Below, piece by piece: positions 51,772-61,973 of a stretch of 64,000 nucleotides of DNA. The notes under the pieces were generated by a model. The model was not told where the DNA came from, did not search any database, and saw nothing but the letters and a program-made list of their open reading frames with translations. Origin of the DNA: Octopus sinensis (taxonomy: Eukaryota); NCBI RefSeq assembly GCF_006345805.1, contig NC_042998.1, positions 11,842,001 through 11,906,000 on the forward strand, read 5' to 3'. Position 1 is the first letter of the stretch, and each line of letters opens with the position of its first letter. Position numbers and translations under genes: made by a program.

Positions 51772-52790
51772 ATAAAAAATGGAGTTAACGCAGGTTTAAA
51801 CAAGTATTTTTACTTTCTACATGTTTCGAAAATTCCACTGATACTATTCAAAAGAATAAAAGGTATAAACAATGCAATCTTCTCTTCACATAAGGTTAGG
51901 ATAGGTTTTTCAAACACAAAAAATTTCTTGCAAATTATATATTCTCATAATAACAAACTGTTAAATATTAATACATTTACTAATACTAACATAATTTAGC
52001 TAATACCATCCAACCCTCTAGAATATTAATAAAAAGGTATTGTATCTGAAGTCAATTCCAATAGAATTAATTTATGTCAAGTAACTCTAAGATTAAAAAT
52101 CTATATACCAGTGTATAATCAGTACTCGTAATAAAGTACGATTTTACATTGGAAGCACATCGTTAGATTTATCTAAAAGAATTTCTATCCATTACTCAAC
52201 ATTTAGGGATAGAAATAAACGGAATAGTACCGGTCTCAGCAAACTGATTTGGGATTTAAAAGACCACAATGAACAATTTCATTAGAATGGTTGATCCTCT
52301 CAATTTCGATACCATATGACAAAGGCAAAGAAATTCTGTCTTCTCTGCAATTCTGAACTATTTTTCATTATTTTTTCTAAAAATACTCTAGTAAACACGG
52401 TTAAGAACGAGCATACAGATGTAAGCATTGGCAGAAACATACTTTTAGTGCATATAAGTAGTCTCTATCATTATATATAGTTTAAACTTTCATTTCCTTT
52501 ATATTTAACATTCACTATTAATATCCCTACTCATTCTGTTAGCTACTTATGACGTTATATCATATAACGTTTTTTTTAAACAATATTAATAGCGTTCTGT
52601 CTATTGCTATACAGATCCATCATTTTTTGCTAAAATGTCGTATTGACGAGTTTCGTTTTTTTTTTCACTTTCCGAAGAGAAGATTGCATTGTTTATACCT
52701 TTTATTCTTTTGAATAGTATCAGTGGAATTTTCGAAACATCTGTAGAAAGTAAAAATACTTGTTTAAACCTTGTTAACTCCATTTATTAT
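51772..52790 (+). mobile_element. 5'-truncated PLE: GIY-YIG remnant between inverted terminal copies
   Basis: FYIGSTSLDLSKRISIHYSTF...TGLSKLIWDLK...FCLLCNSE from 52142. 51772-51887 is the reverse complement of 52674-52789. Confidence 0.8.
52668..52750 (+). ncRNA. Type I hammerhead-like motif with a damaged core; truncated inverted copy at ~51813-51888 (-)
   Basis: CUUUC-CGAAGA (probably a U deletion from CUGAAGA)-GAAGAUUGCAUUG...CAGUGGAAUUUUC (12 of 13 pairs)-GAAACAUCUGUA^GAAAG. Confidence 0.6.
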
Positions 52791-52846
52791 ACATATATTA
52801 TATATAGATATATATAGATATATATATATATGTAATATACATATAC

Positions 52847-52878
<32 letters not shown>

Positions 52879-53053
52879 TACATATATTATATATATAGAC
52901 ATATATATTTACATATATATATTACATATATTATATATATATAACATATATCTAATACACAATATATACATATATATATATATACATATATATATACATA
53001 TATTATATTAGATTATATACATATATATATATATATATATATACATATATTAC

Positions 53054-53099
<46 letters not shown>

Positions 53100-53163
53100 T
53101 ATATATACATATACATATATATATATATACCATATACATATATATTATATATACATATACATA

Positions 53164-53197
<34 letters not shown>

Positions 53198-53251
53198 CAC
53201 ATACATATATATATATATATACACATACATATATATATATATACACATACA

Positions 53252-53285
<34 letters not shown>

Positions 53286-53313
53286 CATATAATATATATA
53301 CATATATATATAC

Positions 53314-53344
<31 letters not shown>

Positions 53345-53696
53345 CATATATATATACATATAATATATACATATATATATATACACATATATATATAATA
53401 TACATATAATTATATACATATATATATATATATACATATATATATACATATACATATATATATACAATATACATATATATAATACATATACATATATATA
53501 TATATACATATATATATATACTATATATATATATATACATATATATATATACATATATATTATATATATACATATAATATATACATATATATATACTATA
53601 TAATATATATACATATATATATACATATATATATATATACATATATATATATACATATATATATATATAGATATATATATATACATATATATATAT
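52790..53696. repeat. Degenerate (TA)n/(TACA) microsatellite
   Basis: Visible directly. Confidence 0.95.
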
Positions 53697-56600
53697 ACTC
53701 TTTTACTCTTTTACTCTTTTACTTGTTTCAGCCATCCGGCTGAGGCCATGCTGGGGCACCGCCCTTGTTGCTACCCTCTCTAAGTCCAGTTTGCCGTGGC
53801 TGGCCCCTGATCTAAGAGAGAGTTTGTAGCTGCTGCTGCCCTAGGTTACCCTCGTACCTTGCAGTGGGTTCATCTGGGATCCGGAAAGCAGCTTGTCTAG
53901 ATGTTTTTTGAAATGTCCACATCCGCATCATGTAGATCTCTCAGTTTTTCTTGGCAGTTTGTTGAACAGCTGAGGGCCCCTGAACCCCAGCTATTACAGT
54001 ATCTGCTCCTTACCCTTGATGTGAAGAAACGGGACCTTTGGCACCACACAGTGACGTCCTGTACGGGATTGGAACAGCTCTCAATTCCAAAATTTGTCTA
54101 GTCCCTCCAGGATTTTCCATATGTATATCACTGCATATCTCTCTCGTCTTCGTTCCAAGGAGTACAAATTGAGTTCCCTAAGCCTCTCCCAATAGTTCTT
54201 TCTTTCATGGTGGAAATCCTCTTGGTGAAATGTCTTTGGATTGTCTCAAGCTCTGTGGTTAGTTGACACTATGCGGTGACCACAGTTGGGAGCAGTAGTC
54301 CAGGCGGCTTAGGACAAATGTCCTCCATAGTGTCAACATGGTCTCGCAGTCTCTTGTCCGGAATGTCTTCAGGATCCAGCCAGTGAGTCGTCTGCACATT
54401 GTCGCCACCTTCGCGATGTGTGAAGAAAAAGATGCATCGTCACTCATGTCTATCCCAGTCCCGTATTGATTTCGATACTGGGATTTCGATCCCTCCTGGA
54501 CCAGTATAGTTGTGTTGTAATGTATATGTGTTTACAGCTTGATATTGTAAGCTTGAAATTTTACCAGCATTAAATTGCATGTTGTTGTCTTCAGCCCATT
54601 TGTATATGTGCATCCAGATCTTGTTGTAAAAGGTCAGCATCAGCTGGGTTTTTGATTGCCTGTGCTACCTTTGTGTCATCAGCATAGCTAGTGAGGGATG
54701 TTGTTTGTGCTACCAAGGGCATGTCAGAGAGCGCCACCAAAAACGCAAGGGTCCCAAGACTGTGCCCTGTGGCACCCCGCTTGCTATTGGTGTCTTTCCC
54801 GAGAGGGCTCCATTGGCTGCACCATCTGGGCTTCTGTCCTTCAGGAAGTCATGTATCCACTCACACCTACTTTTCCTGTTATGCCGAGTCTGAGTATTTG
54901 TGACATATCACTCGTGGTCGACTTTTTGAAAGGCCTTCGCAAAGTCGAGATATACCACATCTACCTGTGAGCGATCCAGTAGTTGTTTCAGTACCCAGTC
55001 GTAGTGTTGTAACAGCTGCGTAAGGCAGCTTCTTCCTGGGCGAAAGCCATGCTGTGTGTCAGTGAGACGTTAGTTTCTTCTTCGAGGAACGTGATCAGTT
55101 TTTTTTCTGATGATTCGTTCCATGACCTTACTTATGTGTGACGTCAGGGAGACTGGCCTGTAGTTTTTGGCCTCTGCTCTACTCCCCTCCTTTGGTGGAT
55201 AGGGCATATGGTGCCTTCTTTTAGCGCCCTGGGCAGTTTACCGTTAGCCAAGGAACCACTGAAGAGCTTCTTCAGTGGTCCCGCTAGGGCATGCCTGCAT
55301 GTTTTTAGGAGGACTGCTGGGAATCCATCTGGTCCAGCAGCTGAGTTTATTCTCATTTCTTCTATGGCAGATATACATCCCTCTCTGTTATGTCTATGTG
55401 GTCGATGGTTGTTGTTTGGTTTTGGAGTGTTGTGGCATCAAAGAAACTTCTGGGTTTGTGATTTGCATGTGCCCCAGAGGGGATGTGAACACACTTTTAT
55501 ACTGTTCCTTTAGTATTTCACTTATCCCTTGGGGGTCCTCAGTTAGAGAGCCCTTTTTATCAAAGAGTGGGCCAATCTTGCAGTGTACCGAGGTGGTTTC
55601 TTCTTTCGCAAATTTAAAGAAGGCTTTAGGGTTTGTTTTAATATTCTCTACTACGGCCCTGGCCTCTCTCTCTGCCCTCTCCTTCTCATAGGAAAGTTTG
55701 AGTGCAGTTTCCGTTTCAAAAAGTTTCAGGTGGAGTCCCTCATTGTTTCTCTGCCGTGCATTCAGTTGCTTCGAGAGCTTAGCTCTTCGCCTCATAAGTA
55801 TTTTCCTGTCTCTGGGAATAACGTTCCTATGCCCGCCGGCCCTTTCTCCGGGACAAACTTATGGCATATGTTCTGTGTTGTTGTCATGAAATGTTGGAAA
55901 TGTGTGTTGGTGTCTTGTGTGGTGATGAAGTCACTCCAGTCATGTTTTCGGATCTCTTCGTTGATCTTCTTCCAGTTTGCCTTATGGAAGTTTAGACTGG
56001 ATAGGCCTGTGGTATTTTCTAATGGCTGCGTCCTCAACTAACTCTCTCATACCATATATCATTACCTCTACTAAGTTGTGGTCTGAGAGAATTGTCGGTG
56101 TCACCACCACGTTGTGATGAGCATCGGGTTGCTTGTGAAACAGAGGTCCAAGACATTCTCACCTCTTGTTGGCCAAAGCACTGCTTGCTCCATGAAAAAC
56201 TTGCGTGTGAGAGCCAACAAGGACTCTGTCTGTCTCTGTTCAAGTGATGTCATTCCAGGGAGGAGATGGCCATCTGGCCATTTGACTTTCGGAAGGTTAA
56301 AATCTCCCAGCAGTAGAATGGTGTTACCTGGTCCAGTTTGTCCAGGACTTCTTCTATTCTTCTGAGGCTATCTTCAAACACTCCTTCATGACTAGGGTGT
56401 CCTGGTCCGATATGTGACACATATTACTATTTTCGGTGTTTCATGTGTACTATCAGTGTGTCACAGACTGAGTTTGAGTGTGTCAACAGTACTATGGGTG
56501 TGACATCTTCACGGACGTACAGGGCAACCCCACCATGAGTTCTTTCCTTCCTGTCCGAAGAAAAACAGTATACTTCGGTATGTGTATTTCCGCATCTGCT

Positions 56601-57650
56601 ATACTGCTTGACAGGTGCGTTTCAGTCAGCGCCATGCATATGCATGGTTGTGCTGTGCTCAAGTCCCTAAGGTAAGGATTTTACCCATATTAGTGGGTTC
56701 ACACCAGACCTCTGACATTCAGCAGAAGCACTGGTGAGACACCCGGGGTGTCAATAAAGGCTGACGGTGTGGCACCTGGGCCGGCGTTTAGCGGTGGCCA
56801 CCCTGGTCCCTGATTGTGGTGGTCTTGGTGCTGTTGTGAGTGCCCCTGGCTCTGAAGACGATGTATCCAGGCCAGTTGTCCACAATTTTCTCTGCCATTG
56901 TCCACAAATTTCTTTGTTCTGCTGCCGCCGTCTGCATTTCCTCTGCAAATGTGCGCCTTCTCCTTGTTGGGGCATTACGCACTATGTCTGCATATTTCTG
57001 GGGCGCTTGTTTTGTTCTGGTTTTTGTTAAGGCATTTTGGTCGAGTGGGTTTGATGCAATTTCCATAGGGCCGGGATGAGCGAACCTGCATCCTTCCCTG
57101 TTTCTCCAATGCCAGCAGGTTCCTTTCGAAGAATTTTGCATTTATCTGGGTTTTCTTGTCCCCAGTTTCTCTCTGTTTTTCTTCCTCCGTTGGACGGTTG
57201 TCCACTGGTTCCTTCTGCATAGGTCTTTTCAATCCGGGTTGTTCTTTTCTGTTTCCCCATCGCCGCCTATCTGTTGTTTGCCCTGCTTGCCTTCTTCGAC
57301 TGTGGCAGTGGGCGTGTCATTTTTTGACACTCTGTGGTTGGTGTTTCCTGTTTCCATCTCTCTCTCTTTGTCTTTGTCCACCTTGAGGACTTGGCTTAGC
57401 AAAGCCATGTGTGGTGCAATGAGGTGTAGGCCCTTTCGACTTCTCTTTTCTTCCTCTCTACTTGCGCCAACGTCCTCATAAAGCCATGGCTTTTCAGGGT
57501 CGCCGCTATGTTTTTAGTTGGTTGCGATCTGTCGGCCGAGCTCCATCCTCTGATGAAAACTTCCAGCTCTACTTTCGTCCAGTTACGCTGGCTTTTGTGA
57601 CGCCAGTGTTGCATTCACCTCTAATTTTTGCATGTTGTCCATTCCGTTGT
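53697..57650 (-). mobile_element. Near-full-length CR1/L2-group LINE (ORF1, APE, RT), frameshifted
   Basis: APE: LLLNVRGL, LTETHL, HGGVALYVR, ILLLGDFNLP. RT: AAGPDGFPAVLLKTC, HGFRPGRSC, GVPQGTVLGP, YADDTK, QFNAGK, LWRTFVLSRLDYCSQLW. It has a (taaaagag)n tail. Confidence 0.9.
56700..57614 (-). pseudogene. Putative LINE ORF1 with an N-terminal Myb/SANT-like (trihelix) domain and a CCCH zinc finger
   Basis: RNWTKVELEVFIRGW...NIAATLKSHGFMRTLAQVERKKREVERAY (57396-57614). Reconstructing across two indels gives C-KFFE(R)GT-C-WHWRNREG-C-RFA-H (57075-57141). Confidence 0.6.
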
Positions 57651-57802
57651 AGCGGGGAGAGAGAGAGAAGCTGTGAGGGAAAAAGGGAGAAGGGAGGAGA
57701 GAGGAGAGATTGTGATTGTGAGGAAGGGAGGAATTATTATATTATTTATATAATAATATTATTATATTAATCTAATAGTGCAATAGGGGGTAGGGAAAAG
57801 TA

Positions 57803-58670
57803 GAGAAAGGGAGCGTCTATGTACTTAAGGAAATTGGGAGCCGAGAGTAAGAGAAAGAGGAAGAGGAGAGACTGAGAGCTGAAGAAGAGAGAGAAAGCGT
57901 CTATGTCCTTATATGTCCCGAGAGGGAGAGTAAGTTAGAAGAGAAAGGGAGCGTCTATGTACTTAAGGAGAAATGGGCCGAGATAAGAGAGAAGAGGAAG
58001 AGGAGAGACCGAGAGTGAGGAAGAGAGAGAAAGCGTCTATGTCCTTATATGTATCCGAGAGAGGAGAGTAAGTTAGAAGAGAGAAATGGAGAGACAAGGA
58101 GAAGCGGGAGAGAAACTGAAGAGATAGGGAGAGAAGGAAGAAATATAGAGAGAATTATATATTTGAAAGAGGGAGTAAGATAGAATGAGAGCTATGAAGA
58201 GACAAGGAGAAGCGTGAGTGAAGAAACTGAAGAGACAGACAGAGAGAGAGAGAGAGGGGAGAATTCTAAGCGAAGCTATTTGTACACACACACACACGCG
58301 TATACATATATACACATACACACATATACACATGTGTCACACGCACATATATAAACCAGTAGCCAAGTGAGTATATAAAGAACAATAATAATAATAATGA
58401 AATAGCTGAAAGAAACAATCCAAGAGATTTTACAGAAATTAGCAGAGAAAAAGAGAAGAAAATATGTATTTGTCGCTACAGACAATGTATTCTAAAATAA
58501 AACTAATTGCGACTATACTTTTAACACACGCATATACATACACATAGAGATTTACAGAATTTAAGCAGAGAAAAAGAGAAAAGAAGATATACATTTGTCC
58601 GTCGCTAAAACAATGTCTTCTAAAAATAATTGCGGCTATACTTCTAACACACATATACATACACATAGAT
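57803..58670. repeat. Two purine-rich tandem duplications (~140 bp x2 at 57803-58082; ~123 bp x2 at ~58423-58670)
   Basis: Repeated agcgtctatgtacttaagg...agcgtctatgtccttatatgt...gagagtaagttagaaga units and agagattt(t)acagaa...catacacatag units. Confidence 0.8.
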
Positions 58671-58913
58671 ATATTATTTTTTCTGTTTGAAAGAACACTA
58701 ATGATAACAAAATAAGTAATATTTTTTTTTTCCTTACCTTACCGGCTGAGAGAGAGTACTTACGCGATTCCTTTTATGAGAAAGGAAGATAGATAGACAA
58801 AATAGATAGACAGACCTTTTATTCTCCAAGCGCTTTGTAAACAAAGGATTTGAGTTTCGATACATATATATATATACATACATATATATATATTATATAC
58901 ATTATATATATAC

Positions 58914-58969
<56 letters not shown>

Positions 58970-59014
58970 ATATATCATATATATATATATATAATATATA
59001 ATATATAATATATA

Positions 59015-59059
<45 letters not shown>

Positions 59060-59076
59060 CATATATATACTATATA

Positions 59077-59150
<74 letters not shown>

Positions 59151-59231
59151 CATACATATATATATATACATATATATATATCATATAGATATATACATTA
59201 TATATACATATATATATATATATATATACAC

Positions 59232-59281
<50 letters not shown>

Positions 59282-59283
<2 letters not shown>

Positions 59284-59872
59284 GCAATTAAGGACAACTA
59301 CTTAATAAGGAAACTTAACAAGAAATTGTCAGGTAGATAGCGTGAAAACCTCATAAGAGAAAAAATTTCGAAAATAATTATTTCTTATTGAACATATTAA
59401 TTTATATATAGAGGGCATTATACATACATGCCAGATGGCATTATACATACATGCCACACGCTAAGAGGGACAATTAGTCATTTCTACCAAAATATTACTA
59501 ATCCCACCGAATGCAATTTTTCAAAGTAGACATTAAAAAATATAGACCTGTATCACAGTGATTTCATACTTACGTATTCATCAGCAGGCCTGGATGTATC
59601 ATACTAAACGACCCCGCCTCGCTTAAGCCGATCAGCTAACTGATCAACATCAACGAAGCACATGGGTGAGTTTACATATATTACATCCTGTAAATGTCAA
59701 ACTTTTTACGAATTGCATTTCGGGAAAGGAAAAGTTTTTTCGGAATAAAAATTTAGCAATTAAGGACAACTACTTAATATTTTTGGTAGAAATGACTAAT
59801 TGTCCCTCTTAGCGTGTGGCATGTATGTATAATGCCATCTGGCATGTATGTATAATGCCCTCTATATATAAA
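59282..59872. mobile_element. PLE-type terminal complex (direct + inverted partial repeats) between TA tracts
   Basis: The 26-bp tagcaattaaggacaactacttaata occurs at 59282 and 59754. 59402-59497 recurs inverted at 59775-59872. A hammerhead lies at 59545-59590. Confidence 0.7.
59545..59590 (-). ncRNA. Minimal type I hammerhead ribozyme, fully canonical core
   Basis: GGCCUG-CUGAUGA-AUAC/GUAA/GUAU-GAAA-UCAC/U/GUGA-UA^CAGGUC. Stem I is 6 bp, stem II is 4 bp with a GNRA loop, stem III is palindromic, and the triplet is AUA. Confidence 0.9.
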
Positions 59873-59897
59873 TATATATACATATATATATAATACA

Positions 59898-59971
<74 letters not shown>

Positions 59972-60102
59972 GTGTATGTATGTATGTATGTGTGTGTGTG
60001 TGTGTGTATGTGTGTATGTATAGGTAAGTGCCAATGCTTGAAAATCTCGGACCATGAGTCACTGTTACTTTTGTTAAATACATATACATACATACACACC
60101 AC

Positions 60103-60182
<80 letters not shown>

Positions 60183-61274
60183 CTGGTGTGTGTGTGTGTG
60201 TGTATGGGTATTTACATACACGCAGACACATAAATATACATCATTCTTGTAAAGTTAAATACTTCCTGTATATTGTTTGATATGATTTTATTAGTCTTTA
60301 TTGCTTGTATTTGTGATACTGGCTATTCGCTTCAATTATTTAAATATCCGATGATATAAATGCGTTCTATTTTTGTATAGTTCCAAATGTCTTATAATAA
60401 CTCTTATAATAATCACGAGAACTGAAGCACATATAACCAGAGGTTCTCTTGTCTCCAGACAATCAGGCTGTTTCTATACCACATTGACACGTGCGTTTTG
60501 GGTGTGTTCTTTCTTATTCATTTTATCTCATCAGTTCATCTAGAGTTGATCTCAATTTTACCGACCGACGCATTTGTTTGATATTTTTTCTCAGAGGGAA
60601 TATGATTCCATTAAATAAATTAATTATGTTGTTTGATGCTTAATATTCCTATAACTCGTCTTTATTTCTTATATCCAGACCACTGGCTATTCTGAATTTA
60701 TTTCTCTTAACTCGTTCCCTTTTAAGTTCTGCATATTACACAAAAGGTTTTCTACAACTTCTGTAAATGCTCCAGCATCTTTGCTGGTTTCAAAATGAAC
60801 TGTTGTTCTTATCGCGCTTTTTACGGGAGAAACACTTATACACCACTGCTTTGTTATCTTTAAACAATTCTTTTACCTTTTATTTGTTTCGGTCATTACC
60901 ACCCTGGGGAATTTTAGTCGAACAAATCGATCCCTATAACTATTTTGGATCTCTTCTGTTTGGCCGCAGCTGTGGAAATTTCAAAGTTTAATCAAAATTT
61001 TAAAATTTGGTGTATTACTGTAGTTTTCCAAGTTGAATCACAGCAGATATTCCTCTTTTTTTTTTTTCAGAGATTAAAAAGAAAAAAGTTATATGGGTTT
61101 AAAGTTTGATCATTTTACCCAGGCAGAAAACAGGATTTGTAAGCTGTCATTAATTGCCTGACGTGTTCTAATATGAAATTGCAAATAAACCAACTTCTGC
61201 TTTACGCATGACATATAACCCCTCACAACTTTTTTTATTTTTTGGAATTTTCATAAACATTTTGCAAATTTGTA

Positions 61275-61318
61275 TTCTACACTCGGGAATTCAAACGATT
61301 GAATTCCCGAGTGTAGAA
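61275..61318. repeat. Perfect 20-bp inverted repeat with a 4-nt loop
   Basis: ttctacactcgggaattcaa-acga-ttgaattcccgagtgtagaa. Confidence 0.95.
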
Positions 61319-61973
61319 GGGAAAAAATTGATGGTGCGTGATCTAAGGCCTATTTAGTTGTTATGTTTAGTACATCTCGTGACCAGGGTACTAGCAGCAA
61401 ATCGGCACAAGCAGCAGAGCATAGCGTCGACACACATGCTTTCGCGTACAATATATTTGTCAACACGAGCTACCTCGCAGATAAAAGAGTTCTCATGCTT
61501 AGCTTGTTACCATAGAAACATGCATTAATGTGTCTGTGACTTACGATTGACTGAAATAACCCAAAATTTGCAAACTTTAAAAGCTATTAATTCATGGCAT
61601 TAATTAGCATAAAAATCTACATCATTACATCGAATGCGAAATTAATTCGAACAGAAATTGAAGAAGATTGAAAATTAGCTGTCAAACAGAAAGGATCCTT
61701 TATTTTTTCTTTTGTAGTCTGATACTTATTCTATCTACACTTTCTTAGAACTGTTAAGTTACGCGCGCGAGAACACATCAACACTGGTTGTCAAGCGATG
61801 GTGGGGAAAAACACAGGTAAACTTATAAGCAACCCCCCCACACGCGCGCATACATACACACACGCGCACACCCAAACATTTGCAAATACAAACACTAATT
61901 CGACGGGCGTCTTTCCGTTTCTGTCTACCAAATCCAGTCGTAGGGCTTTGTCATCTTCAAGCTAAACAAGAAA

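Noticed and set aside
57549-57560. CTGATGA in the LINE 5' region
   Set aside because: It lies antisense within the ORF1 coding segment and has no downstream stem II-GAAA.
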